Shown here: positions 1-13,210 of the stretch, piece by piece
How positions within the stretch are numbered: the stretch's first letter is position 1
Layout: every line of letters begins with the position of its first letter
NCBI RefSeq assembly: GCF_046119375.1
Contig: NW_027362765.1
Coordinates: 252,960,001-253,024,000, forward strand
Length of the DNA: 64,000 nt
Direction of reading: 5' to 3'
From: Phyllobates terribilis
Taxonomy: Eukaryota
Made by a program: the position numbers and the translations under genes
Notes under the pieces: generated by a model
What the model was told of the DNA's origin: nothing
Database searches by the model: none
What the model saw: only the letters and a program-made list of their open reading frames with translations

Positions 1-193
1 CTTAACTTTGTTACCATTTTGCCCTTCCCCATCATCCTGTAGAATGTAAGCCTGCAAGAGCAGGGTCCTCCTCCTCCTGTACCAGTCTATCATTGTTTAT
101 TTGTTACTGTAAGTAATATCTTTATTTTGTATGTAACCCCTTCTCATGTACAGCACTATGGAATTAATAGTGCTATATAAATAAATAATAATA
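1..193 (+). mobile_element. 3' tail of an L2-type LINE or L2-tailed SINE
   Basis: TGTAAGCC...GCAGGG...TGTACAGCAC...GTGCTATATAAATAAATAATAAT tail. Confidence 0.6.
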
Positions 194-1314
194 TGCTTCA
201 GGTCATTGTCCATTTGGAAGACCCATTTCCGCCCAAGGTTTAACTTCCTGGCTGATGTCTTGAGATGTTGCTTCAGCATTGCCACATAATATTCTTTTGT
301 CATGATGCCATCTATTTTGTGAAGTGCACCAGTCCCTCCTGCAGCAAAACAACCCCACAACATGATGCTGCCACCCCGTGTTTCACAGTCAGGATGGTGC
401 TATTAGGCTTCCAAGCTTCTCCCTTTTTCCTCCAAACATGACGATGGTCATTATGCCCAAAAACTTACATTTTAGTTTCACAAGACCACAGGATATGTCT
501 TCAAAAATTAAGGTCTTTGTTCCTGTGTGCATTTGCAAACATTAATCTGCTTTTTAATGTTTCTTTTGAAGTAATGGCTTCTTCCTGGCAGAGTAGCCTT
601 TCAGCCCATGTTGATACAGTACTTGTTACACTGTGGTTATTGACACAACCTTACCAGATTCTGCCATCAACTTCACAAGGTCTTTTGCTTTTGTCCTTGG
701 GTTGATATGCACATGTCGGACCAAAGCACGTTCATCTCTGGGATACCAAACCCGTCTCCTTCCTGAGTGGCATGATGGCTGGACATTCGCATCTTTTTTG
801 TACTTGCGTATAATTGTTTGTACAGATGAACGAGGCACCTTCAGGTATCTTGAAATTGTACCCAAGGATGAGCCAGACTTGTTCAAGTCCACAATTCTCT
901 TCCTGATAGCTTGGCTGATTTCTTTAGACTTTCCCATAATGCCACACAAAGAAGCAGTGTGTTTCAGGTGTGCATTAAAATACATCCACAAGTGTGTCTC
1001 TAATTAACTCAGATGTTGCCAAAAATCCTATCAGAGGCTTCCAAACACATGACATCATCATATGGACAGTCCAGAATTGTTTAAAGGCATAGTAATCTTA
1101 GTGTATGTCAACTTTTGACTTTGCAGTAAGTAATAAAAATGCCCTAAAACATTCTCTCTCTCTCATTATTCTGGCATTTGGCAGATATTAATTATTATGG
1201 TAATCCTAATTGACCTAAAACGGGAAAGGTTTATTCTGATTTCATGTCAAATATTGAGAAAAACATGCAGATGTGTCTATTTATATAGTGTATGTAAACT
1301 TATTGTTTCAACTG
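194..1314 (-). mobile_element. Tc1/mariner (Sleeping Beauty-like) truncated copy
   Basis: TIR CAGTTGAAACAATAAGTTTACATACAC. MGKSKEISQAIRKRIV HTH (ORF 626..991) and a WGCF...FQMDND catalytic fragment. Confidence 0.9.
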
Positions 1315-1442
1315 TGTATAGAAGTAAACCCCCCAAAATAATATACACAAAGACTTCCCAAAGCATTTCAGCCTCATCAGTACTTGTAGGAGAGAAAGCT
1401 GGATCAAAGGATCCAAATCTATGGGGTATCCAAATGAATATA

Positions 1443-1783
1443 CAGTTATATGAAAAAGTTTGGGCACCCCTATTAATCTTAAGCTTAATGTTTTATAAAA
1501 ATTGGTGCGACTAGAGGCTGTTGTTTTTGCAAAAGGAGGATCTACTAAATATTAATGTCACTTTTCTGGTGAGGTGCCCATACTTATGCACCTGTAAAAT
1601 TTTGTTTGAATGGAGATTGCACATTTTCTGTTAGTACAATAAACCTCATTTCAAGGCAGAAACATTACTGTGTCCAACAGTTATTACATATATCAAACTG
1701 AAATAGCTGTTGCAAAAACACCAATTTTTATAAAACATTAAGCTTAAGATTAATAGGGGTTCCCAAACTTTTTCATATAACTG
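1443..1783 (+). mobile_element. Non-autonomous Tc1 deletion derivative (341 bp)
   Basis: TIR CAGTTATATGAAAAAGTTTGGG, TA flanks. Retains the GGSTKY* end; same family as 60934-62581. Confidence 0.9.
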
Positions 1784-1829
1784 TATATAAAAATGGGCAC
1801 TGTAGTAGCAGTAGAACCCCTAGCAGACT

Positions 1830-2000
1830 GTGCAGACTGCTGAAAATCAACTCAATAGGAGTAAAATTTACCTATGAAATTCATGAACAAAAACTGTCTT
1901 TTCTTTGATCACTAAATTGGGATGGGGCACTAAAGACAACTATATTCCGTAAACCAACTGATCATAACCTTTATTACTCGCACTGACATCACTGAGCACT
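1830..2000 (+). mobile_element. Degenerate Penelope-like RT fragment
   Basis: Peptides GVKFTYEIHEQKLSFL and KTTIFRKPTDHN resemble the PLE RT C-terminal motifs (KFT..FLD..YRKPT). Confidence 0.55.
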
Positions 2001-3905
2001 TTATAATTGTATATACTTTGTCTACTTGTGGTTTATTTGAGTAAAAGCTCTTTTACCGGTAACTATTACAAGTTAGGTTTCATATCTCTTCTTCTGTATA
2101 TTATGAGAATGATCATTCACCATCGCTGATTGCTGGAACAGTGATGTTGGAATTTTTCAGCAACTATGCTGAAACTACACATGTATCTGACTTTTCATCC
2201 CTCCATTCAGGTTTGTGTCATACCTCAGTTCAGATGTCCCCAAATCACTAAATATTAGCACACAAAAAAGTATGAAGTTGGTGGGGTCTTTGACCTTTGT
2301 ATTAGACAAGGCTCTATAAATAAAGTGTTATAGCTGGGTTAGCAACATCACTCATTGTTCTATGGTAATGAATATAAGGATGCAGCTAGCCTGACAAGCT
2401 TTGTGGTTAAATTCCTCACTGTAAAGTCTCATGCATTATTGACGTTCTACAGCAGATCTGAGTAGTATGAATCTGTAATATTGCACCCATATTGCTCTAT
2501 TGCATGTCATTAAGCAATTTTCTGATAAGAACAAAGGTTTTAAGGAAAATATGGTGTCTTATAGAGTTGCCGTGATGTGGCAGTAAACATTTCTCTGAGT
2601 TCATAATGTTTACTTTTGAGAAATATTTGATTTTGGTCGTCTTGGCAAATCCTTGCACGGCCCTTCACGGATCACACAAAGATAAAATCAGAACGCTGTA
2701 AGACTTCTGCTATAGATAGATTCTGATGGCTCTGAATAAATCCAGATGATGCAAAGACTAAGTTGGTTGAATGCCTTTGGAAAAAGCCTGCTTGCCTGCA
2801 TCCTTCATTTCTTGAATGATAAGTCTGTGGCCCAGTTGTCCATCTTGGGAATTTGGATTGTGGAGAACATGAAACTGCTAGGGCAGGATTTTGGCAGCTT
2901 CCTGAACATGGCCAAGGGGATCCTGTTGCCCCCCCCCCTGGTGGTTCAAGTAGGCCGACTCTATCAATTTGTCAGTCTGTATGGATGGTGCTTGAAAAGG
3001 ACCAGTGGGAGAGAGGTAGAAAGATGGCATACAGTTGCAGGGAATTGAGCTGGAGCCAAAACTCTTGGTATGATGGGAAAATACTGCCCCTCAACTCAAG
3101 ATACTAGCATTGGTAGTCACCACCTGCCACAAAGGGGAGGACTTGCCATGAAGTAGAGCAGGGGATGTAAACCATCATGAAGGTGTCTACTGGCTTAGAG
3201 CAGCAGATTGATACGAGAGTTGAAGGCGTTTGCTGACTTGTTCCAGAGAGCTGAATGGACCTCTAAGGAATGAGTGTGGAACTGGGCATAGGGTACTGTC
3301 TTGAAACCATGCCCATCCAGCCTGAGACCCTAATGCAGAAGTAGATGGAGCACAAGGTCTCGATCTGAAAAAAGACTGAAGGTTTGAAAGCTTGTCTGGA
3401 GGGAGGAAAAAAAAATCACATAGTTGTTGAAAGTATCATCCACCACTGCTGTTGGCTGAAGATCCAACCTAAAAGTTCCTGGAAGTCCAAAGTCGACTGT
3501 TCTTGTGCAAAAACTTGACCTTGCTAGTGGTTGGGGGGTGGGAGGGAGGAGGAAGTGGGATAATAAACTGGAAATGAGGAGGGCAAAGGCAAACAGGAGG
3601 AATAAGAGGCTTCTCCAACAAAAACAGTGTACAAGGCGCTGATAGGCCCTCTTCAGCACTGCCTGAGCTGATCCAGAGGTGATGAGAAAAGCTGTAAGTG
3701 GCAGTGAAGATAGCTGCCTAGCCATGAGAAAAGGGGGGCAGGATAGTGGTGGCAGCAGGGTGGTGCGCTATAGTGGAGCACATGTTGTGTCCTCCCTGGG
3801 CTAATAAAGAGACAGTGTGGCACATCCATGCCACCTAAGAGGTGTGAAAGAAGGGGACAAAAACTGTTTGCTCTGTATCCCTGCTGCTGATGTACTCATC
3901 ACTGA

Positions 3906-6283
3906 CAGGGCCGGCTCCAGGTTTTCATGGGCCCTGGGCAAAAGAGTCTCAGTGGGCACCTTTAACACATAGTATGATTCATGATGCACAGATACAGCAG
4001 ATAAATATACAGGGGTATGGAAAGTGTTCAGACCCCTACAAATTTTTCACTCTGTTTCATTGCAGCCATTTGGTAAATTCGAAAATGTTCATTTTTTTTC
4101 TCATTAAAGTACACTCTGCACCCCATCTTGACTGAAAAAAAACAGAAATGTTGAAATTTTTGCAAACTTATTCAAAAAGAAAAACTGAAACATCACATGG
4201 TCATAAGTATTCAGATCCTTTGCTCAGACACTTATTTAAGTCACATGCTGTCCATTTCCTTGTGATCCTCCTTGAGATGGTTCTACTCCTTCATTGGAGA
4301 ACAGGTGTGTTTAATTAAACGGATAGGACTTGATTTGGAAAGGCACACACCTGTCTATATAAGACCTCACAGCTCACAGTGCATGTTAGACCAAATGAGA
4401 ATCATGAGCTCAAAGGAACTGCCCAAGGAGCTCAGAGACAGAACTGTGGCAAGGCACAGATCTGGCCAAGGTTACAAAAGAATTTCTGCATTACTCAAGG
4501 TCCCTAAGAGCACAGTGGCCTCCATAATCCTTAACTGGAAGAAGTTTGGGACCAGTAGAAGTCTTCCTAGACCTGGCTGTCCAGCCAAACTGAGCAAACG
4601 TGGGAGAAGAGCCTTGGTGAGAGAGGTAAAGAAGATCTCCAAGATCACTGTGGCTGAGCTCCAGCGATGCAGTATGGAGATCGGAGAAAGTTCCACAAAG
4701 TCAACTATCACTGAAGCCCTCCACCAGTCAGGCCTTTATGGCAGAGTGGCCCGATGGAAGCCTTTGCTCAGTGCAAGACATATGAAAGCCTGCATAGAAT
4801 TTGCTCAAAAACACATGAAGGACTCACAAACTATGAGAAATAAGATTCTCTGGTCTGATGAGACGAAGATAGAACTTTTTGGTGATAATTCTAAGCGGTA
4901 TGTGTGGAGAAAACCAGGCACAGCTCGTCACCTGCCCAATACAATGCCAACAGTGAAACATGGTGGTGGCAGCATCATGCTATGGGGGTGTTTTTCAGCT
5001 GCAGGGACAGGATGACTGGTTGCAACTGAAGGAAACATGAATGCGGCCAAGTACAGAGATATCCTGGATGAAAACCTCTTCCAGAGTGCTCTGGACCTCA
5101 GACTTGGCCGAAGGTTCACCTTCCAACAAGACAATGACCCTAAGCACAGAGCTAAAATAACAAAGGAGTGGCATCAGAACAACTCTGTGACCATTCTTAA
5201 CTGGCTCAGCCAGAGCCCTGACCTAAATCCAATTGAGCATCTCTGGAGAGACCTGAAAATGGCTGTCCACCAACGTTCACCATCCAACCTGACGGAACGG
5301 GAGAGGATCCCCAAATCCAGGTGTGAAAAACTTGTTGTATCATTCCCAAGACGACTCATGGCTGTACTAGCTCAAAAGGGTGCTTCTACTCAATACTGAG
5401 CAAAGGGTCTGAATACTTATGACCATGTGATACTTCAGTTTTTCCTTTTATAAATTGCAAAAAATTTTACATTTCTGTTTTTTTTCAGTCAAGATGGAGT
5501 GCAGAGTGTACTTTAATGAGAAAAAAATGAACTTTTTAGAATTTACCAAATGGCTGCAATGAAACAGAGTGAAAAATTTAAAGGGGTCTGAATACTTTCC
5601 GGACCCACTGTATGTATAGTACAATGTAAAGGTTTCATTTACTTTACTGAGTGATATTTATTGTAAATCCCACAATAGCTCCCTCCTGAGCTATTGTAGG
5701 ATTTACATACAGTACAATGAGCCCCATATAATGCTTCCTACAGAATAATGGACCTCATATAATGCTCCATACAGAATAATAAGCCCAAGATAATGCTCCA
5801 TACAGAATAATGAGCCCCATATAATACTCCATACAGAAAAATGGGCCCCATATAATGCTCAATATATAATGGGTCCCAAATAACGCTCCATACATGACGG
5901 GCCCCATACAATGCTTCATAATGAAAAAAAAAATCAAACACTCAACTCTCCTCGCTGGCCACTGCTCTGTTCCGGACTCCTCAGCGTAGCTATCTTCCCG
6001 CTCTCTGCACTGTGACTGCTCAGCAGAGGGCATGCTGTAGTGACATCATCGTGCCCTCTGCCACGAGACGTCACAGTCAGGAGACGCAGACAAGACAGGA
6101 CCTGCAGAGGAGTGAGGAGAGGTAAGTATTGCAAGTGCCGGGGCCCTAAGCAAGTGGGGGGGAGGGGGCCCACTTGAGGAGCTGGCACCGGGCCCCCACG
6201 ACTCACGGGCTCCATAGCCCGTTGGTGTCCCCGATGGCGAGTGGGCCCCCCCGCTTCCTCACAGCCCAGGTGAGCCGGGCCTG
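3906..6283. mobile_element. hAT-type non-autonomous element interrupted by Tc1
   Basis: 8-bp TSD ATCACTGA at 3898-3905 and 6284-6291, TIR CAGG(G/C)CCGGCTC, internal ~29-bp repeats at 5718-5915. Confidence 0.85.
4010..5610 (+). mobile_element. Tc1 transposon, defective transposase at ~4404-5399
   Basis: Long TIRs and TA flanks. WSDETK / QDNDPKH / SPDLNPIE motifs, a stop at 5013-15 and a small internal deletion. Confidence 0.95.
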
Positions 6284-6381
6284 ATCACTGAGGCCCACTT
6301 TTCTTCTTGTCAAGCTTACCTACCACAAGAAGACTAGCTTATTGTTTGGTGTTCAGGTATATCTTGAATGTTAAGGTGCAA

Positions 6382-6805
6382 GGCTATGTTCACACATGTT
6401 GTATTTTGCGGTGTATTTTGCAGCAGATTTTTATGTAAATTTTCAGCTGCGTCTAGCAGTATCAGCAGTCTATGAGAAACCAGAATTCTCTGTTCACACA
6501 TGTTGCTTTTTGTTTGCTGCATATTTTCTGCCTTGCTTTGCTGCATCTAAAACACAGCAAAAAACGCACATGTATTTTTTCAGCAATTTCTCAGCGTTTT
6601 TGATGGCAAAATAGAATAGGAATTTTTTTTCACAGAACTTTATGTACATGCCTAAATAGAGACAGAAGGACACTGAAAAAAACGCTGCAAAAACGCAGGA
6701 AAACCTGCATTTTTGACACCGCTGTTTTCCTGCCAGAGAAAAGTTGTCAGCAGATTTGCAGCACATTTAGTTGCAGAAAAAAACACAATGTGTGTGAACA
6801 TAGCC
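6382..6805. mobile_element. PIF/Harbinger-type MITE
   Basis: TIR GGCTATGTTCACAC / GTGTGAACATAGCC, with CAA/TAA flanks. Confidence 0.75.
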
Positions 6806-7998
6806 TAAATTAAACATGATTACCTCAAATAAGAAAGTTGCTTTTAATGGCTTGCATGGGCATTAAATATCATATTCATTACATAGTTTATAAAAAAAAT
6901 GAATGTTTCCCATTTATAGGCTGTTAAATTAACAATGCCACACAAGAAACATCTTTACTATTCTGGATCATGTCACCTATCTGCAAAATGCATAAAAAGG
7001 TATTATATTGTTAGCTGCCAGGTGGGGAAGGAGAATGATTCTGTTCCGAGGCTGCTGCACAGAGTAGAGCAGTTAAAAGCAAAGAAAAAAATATATATTA
7101 TGGAAAGAGAAAGGTTTACATGTTAGAAATGGTATATATTACTTTTGAAGCAACATTGCTAGTCTCTGAAAATTATTTGTGGGCCGATCCCTTTAATTCT
7201 TGTAGAAGGAACATGAAGGTGCTGTAAATATTTACTCATCTAAATAATATGAAATACATTTCATTCCATACACGCAACAGCTGACCTGCCTGAAAGTCAT
7301 GTGGACCCCGAGGCTGCGGTGAGGTGGACGCCATTCCACTGCAGGATCAAATTTCTACAGATTGGAAACAAAATTATTCATACAGTCAAAGAACTGAAGA
7401 GCAAAATGCTAGCACCTAGATCCAGTTAAAGGATAAGATGCCACTGGATGAAGTCTACATATTATATAACGCCACACTAGAACTTTCTCTTAGAATAATA
7501 CAACACATAATGCTATCTGGCTTCCGCTTTAATTCTGTGAGATAATTAGTGTACAATGCCTAAAAGGTCTCCCCAAAAATAGTTATCTGTGCCCCACTTA
7601 ATGCCACAATTATATGTTACCCAGGTGTAGTTTAGCATTACCTAGATAGACTCACGAAAGATATTGCAATTCATTGCTATGTTTGTACATTATTCCTATT
7701 TTTTTTTTTTTTAACGTTCTACAGCTCAGGGCAAGAAGAAAAAATATTTTATGTCTGACATTGGAGTAAGAATTTACAGTAACAAGAAAAATCATGTACA
7801 CCCTCTTTGAATTCTATGGTCTTATGTATCGGGACATGAAAAAAAAAAATGTTCCTTCAAAGATCTCAAAATTAGGCAAATACAACCGCAAATGCACAAA
7901 ACAAATAATTATAAAGGTGTAGTTTGTCAAGAAAATCTAGGCCAAAATCAGTGTGTGAAAAATTAAAGGGGTTTTTTGGTAGGATCAATTCTTCTAAG

Positions 7999-8312
7999 CA
8001 GGTCTTTGGAGTCGGAGCCCATTTTGGTGGAGTCGGAGTCGGTATAAAATGGACCGACTCCTAAAATTGGGTACAGTAGTTCAATGCAGTTTGTGGGGAA
8101 TATTTTTTCAGAAGAATTTGGGAAAGTTATGAAATGTCCTATAAATGTCTGTCCTATTCCTGATCTAAGGGTCTAGACTTTTAGCTGAGATGAATCTGCT
8201 ACAGTAAATTTATCACTTAAACATGAGCCATGTATGAGAGAGTCTGAGGCGTGGAGTCGGAGTCATGGAAATTGAGGAGTCGGAGGTTTGGCTTACCGAC
8301 TCCACAGCCCTG
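7999..8312. mobile_element. hAT MITE (GGAGTCGGA repeats)
   Basis: 8-bp TSD CTTCTAAG on both sides, TIR CAGG(G)CT(G/T)TGGAGTCGG. Confidence 0.88.
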
Positions 8313-8944
8313 CTTCTAAGTCGTCTTTATGGGCATGTAAATCATAGGAAGCTGAATTAAATGATACCTTTATATTTGCAATCTGATGTCTGATGCCAGA
8401 GAAATCCACATTTTTCTTAATATGTAAATGAGCTGTTCAGGACTATGGAAATGACACTGATCTGCAGGAGAATCTGCCTCCATAGATAATTTTAAATGAA
8501 AGGGAGTGATACCAGTGTGAGACATGTAATAACTGACAGTCTGCTCTTCTGATGTACAGGTCTCACACTGTAAAAAAACACACAAAAAAAACGTAGAAAG
8601 TCAGTGAGCCAATGAGTACGTATAAAATTAAATATTTTATCATTATTCAAGTGTCAACAGACGGAAGGAAGAAAGGGCATGAATTACATAGGGGTAATAA
8701 AATTGACAAGTGTCAAAAATAAGACAGGAGGCATGCTGCATAGATAATGACAAAAATACATGTATAGTATGAAATCTGAATGAAGTATGTGAATGTATCA
8801 GACTGAAGGCAATACAGATCTCTCTATATATTTTTTTTCTTTGTGCTTTATATCTATCTGTGCAAGTGACGCATAGTCATAGAAACTTCAGGTAAGTATA
8901 TAGTCATGTATATTGGGGCAGGTCTATAATTATATATGTATATA

Positions 8945-10568
8945 CAGTACAGACCAAATGTTTGGACACACCTTGTCATTTAAAGATTTTTCTGTATTTT
9001 CATGACTATGAAAATTGTACATTCACACTGAAGGCATCAAAACTATGAATTAACACATGTGGAATTATATACTTAACAAAAAAGTGTGAAACAACTGAAA
9101 ATATGTCTTATATTCTAGGTTCTTCAAAGTAGCCACCTTTTGCTTTGATGACTGCTTTGCACACTCTTGGCATTCTCTTGATGAGCTTCAAGAGGTAGTC
9201 ACCGGAAATGGTCTTCCAACAATCTTGAAGGAGTTCCCAGAGATGCTTAGCACTTGTTGGCCCTTTTATCTTCACTCTGCGGTCCAGCTCACCCCAAACC
9301 ATCTCGATTGGGTTCAGGTCTGGTGACTGTGGAGGCCAGGTCATCTGGCGTAGCACCCCATCACTCTCCTTCTTGGTAAAATAGCCCTTACACAGCCTGG
9401 AGGTGTGTTTGGGGTCATTGTCCTGTTGAAAAATAAATGATGGTCCAACTAAACGCAAACCGGATGGAATAGCATGCCGCTGGAAGATGCTGTGGTAGCC
9501 ATGCTGGTTCAGTATGCCTTCAATTTTGAATAAATCCCCAACAGTGTCACCTGCAAAGCACCCCCACACCATCACACCTCCTCCATGCTTCATGGTGGGA
9601 ACCAGGCATGTAGGGTCCATACGTTCACCTTTTCTGCGTCACACAAAGACACGGTGGTTGGAACCAAAGATCTCAAATTTGGACTCATCAGACCAAAGCA
9701 CAGATTTCCACTGGTCTAATGTCCATTCCTTGTGTTCTTTAGCCCAAACAAGTCTCTACTACTTGTTGCCTGTCCTTAGCAGTGGTTTCCTAGCAGATAT
9801 TTTACCATGAAGGTCTGCTGCACAAAGTCTCCTCTTAACAGTTGTTGTAGAGATGTGTCTGCTTCTAGAACTCTGTGTGGCATTGACCTGGTCTCTAATC
9901 TGAGCTGCTGTTAACCTGCGATTTCTGAGGCTGGTGCCTCGGATAAACTTATCCTCAGAAGCAGAGGTGACTCTTGGTCTTCCTTTCCTGGGGCGATCCT
10001 CATGTGAGCCAGTTTCTTTGTAGCGCTTGATGGTTTTTGCAACTGCACTTGGGGACACTTTCAAAGTTTTCCCAATTTTTCGCACTGACTGACCTTCATT
10101 TCTTAAAGTAATGATGGCCACTCGTTTTTCTTTACTTAGAATTTGTATTATGGCAAGAAAAAAGCAGCTAACAGTCTATTCAGTAGGACTATCAGCTGTG
10201 TATCCACCAGACTTCTGCACAACACAACTGATGGTCCCAACCCCATTTATAAGGCAAGAAATCCCACTTATTAAACCTGACAGGGCACACCTGTGAAGTG
10301 AAAACCATTTCCGGTGACTACCTCTTGAAGCTCATCAAGAGAATGCTAAGAATGTGCAAAGCAGTCATCAAAGCAAAAGGTGACTAGTTTGAAGAACCTA
10401 GAATATAAGACATATTTTCAGTGGTTTCACACTTTTTTGTTAAGTATATAATTCCACATGTGTTAATTCATAGTTTTGATGCCTTCAGTGTGAATGTACA
10501 ATTTTCATAGTCATGAAAATACAGAAAAATCTTTAAATGAGGTGTGTCCAAACTTTTGGTCTGTACTG
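8945..10568 (-). mobile_element. Tc1 transposon (CAGTACAGACCAAA family), defective
   Basis: ~267-bp TIRs, TA flanks, ORFs 9108..9620 and 9759..10121. Confidence 0.95.
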
Positions 10569-11169
10569 TATATATACACACCACCACTTAGCCAGCAATA
10601 TTGTACCAGTAATAGTGGTTTAAGACATACCAGGATAGCAGCAGGACCTCCAAAGTGATGCGCCCACCCTGATGCGCATTTTGGCAATGCCTTAGTCAGG
10701 GGGTAGCGTCATCATTTAAAAATGCAGCACAGGCCAATGAGCGTCAGACCCGGCATTGATTGAAGTATGCACACTGAGACAGAGCCGGAAGTTCGCCGCC
10801 ATCCACGTCGCATGACCACCAAAGCCGCACACGTGGTTGTCTCACACTGGTAACACCTCCATTCATTTAAAATAAGCTCTGGAGGAAGATTCTCATGCTG
10901 ATCAGTGTTCGGCCCATAGATCTCAGCTCATTTACATATTAAGAGAAATATGGATTTCTCTGGAATAAAACATTGGATTGCAGATATCAAGGTATCACTT
11001 TATCCAACTTTCTATTACTTACATACCCATATAGATGGCTTAGGAGGGTTGATCCTACTGACAGATTCCCTTAAAGTAATCAATAGCTTGTAAAATCACC
11101 TTAATCATTAGGCACTTGATGTATTCGTTTTCTATATTATTTTAGCACTCTTACATCGTCGTGGAGAAA

Positions 11170-11530
11170 TTTTGGCCAACTCAGCTGGAATTTTTGGGCC
11201 ATTGCAACACCTTCTTTCCAGTTTCATCGATGCTGATGTAGATGTAGATTTGCTAGCATGCTTGGGATCACTGTCCTGTTGCATGAACCAGTTTCAGCTT
11301 TTGGATATATGCCCTCTCATTTGACTTTGGAATACTTTTGGTATAGAGAGGACTTTATCGTCAACTCAGTGACAAGGGCCATAGTCCTGTGGCTGTAAAA
11401 TAAGTCCAAATTATCACCCTTCCACCAGTTGCTATGAGATATTTCTGCTGATATGCTGTGTTTGCTTTTTGGTGTAATTTATTCAACATCAGTTTCACTG
11501 AGCATTACACAGTCTGACCTTGGAACAAAT
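11170..11530 (-). mobile_element. Old Tc1 transposase remnant
   Basis: Minus strand reads FMQQDSDP (QDNDP motif). Confidence 0.6.
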
Positions 11531-13210
11531 TTTCTGGGACTCACACTCCTGGGAAAATTGTTATTTAGTCTCAAAATCCCAGATGGTCTTGGTAAAGAAG
11601 GGGGTAACGTCAGCATGCCTGGTGGTGTACGGCAGAGAAGTCAATTTTACATATCTGGTATCCAGTTGCTCTTCAACACTCTGCTAATCTCTAAGGGGGC
11701 AGGGTGATACAAATATTTGCTAAAATAAACATGTCAGAGTGTTAATTGTTCCTTACAAAAGTTATGTTGAAAGAATTATTCAAGCAAAATTAAACTATTA
11801 AGTGTTGCAAAATACATGGATTTTCTCGTTCTGCTGGGTTTGCATTAAATTTTCTTCCCCATTCAGCCCACCATCAAGGGCTCCCACCAAAAAAATGGTA
11901 TTTAGACAGGGCCAGGCAATTAATTTTTCAAAGGGGCCACATAAGAGACCATGACTATTGTGGAGGCCGAACCAATAGTCTGAAATTAATTCTGTTAATT
12001 ATATCACTTAATATTGAGCAGAATTGTATGCTGATTCCCCTCACTGTCTCACAGGGGGAATCATATGCGAGGGGCGGTATTTATTCCCCAGGATACGCAC
12101 AGAGGCACTGCAATCACAGCCACTTTTATTTTGCACTGCAACCACAGCTGTAAATGCGGACTAGGTCAAGCTATTTGACTAAGTCAGATTAAGAAAACAT
12201 GGGCTTTTATTTTTGGAGTGATCTACAGCCTGGGTCTTAGAAGTGGCTCATGGCCACAGTTTTCATTTAAAAACCTGCAGCAAAGGTTTTGGTGTGTCAG
12301 TGTTGGGATTGCTAGCAGCAGAGTAGGAATCTCTGTGCAACGCAGGTCTGTGTGAAGGCTGAACACAGGCCTGAGAAGGCAGTATAACTGATGCACCCAC
12401 GAGTGACATGGGGGTGCAGTCTCCCATTTCAATGGGGTTGTTTTGTACAGGCTATAGTGGAGGATCCAAACCAAACAAAAAGGTATAAAGAAACTACAAT
12501 ATTGACAAATTGAATTCATAAATTTTATTAAATACAAGAACAATAAATAAAAAACAGACAACAAAACACCAATTTAAAAAATTAAATAAAAATACAGCAG
12601 CATAATAATATGTCCCAAAATTAATATATTTAAATAAAATATAAAGTGTTTGTGCAATAAATATATATACACACATACATTAATATTTGGCAAATAATCA
12701 CATATGTATGTGTATATATATTTATTGCACAAGCACTTTATATTTATTTATATATATTAATTTTGGGACATATTATTATGCTGCTATTTAGAGGTTACTA
12801 TATATATTTAATCAATCAATGTGAATCAATTTTGGCTGCCAATTGAATACACATATACCCCTTTTCTATATAGGTGATCCATGTTTAATAATCAGTGAGC
12901 ATCCCCCTCCCCCCTCCTGAGCTGTATTTTAATCATGTTTTATTTAATTTTTTAAATTGGTGTTTTGTTGTCTGTTTTTTATTTATTGTTCTTGTATTTA
13001 ATAAAATTTATGAATTCAATTTGTCAATATTGTAGTTTCTTTATGCCTTTTTGTTTGGTTTGCATTGTGAGTTTTGAGGTATTTAGATATATTTATCTTT
13101 TTGAAACTTGTGGTATTTCCTTCTTTTATAGGATTTATTATATTGGAGGATCCGGCTGTGATCCGGAGGATAAAGCTGCCTTTAACTGTGTCAGAGTTTT
13201 TGGACAAAAA

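Larger units (their letters stand above)
7967..11070. mobile_element. Kolobok/T2-type element with nested insertions
   Basis: TTAA-AGGGG... and ...GACAGATTCCC-TTAA ends. About 250 bp of degenerate inverted arms at 8330-8560 and 10840-11070. Confidence 0.65.

Noticed and set aside
2746-3725. QGDPVAPP motif suggesting a LINE reverse transcriptase
   Set aside because: A single weak motif with no other RT motifs in order.
13130-13210. Acceptor-like TTCTTTTATAG followed by an open frame (GFIILEDPAVIRRIKLP...)
   Set aside because: No donor or recognisable homology, and it runs into a MITE.
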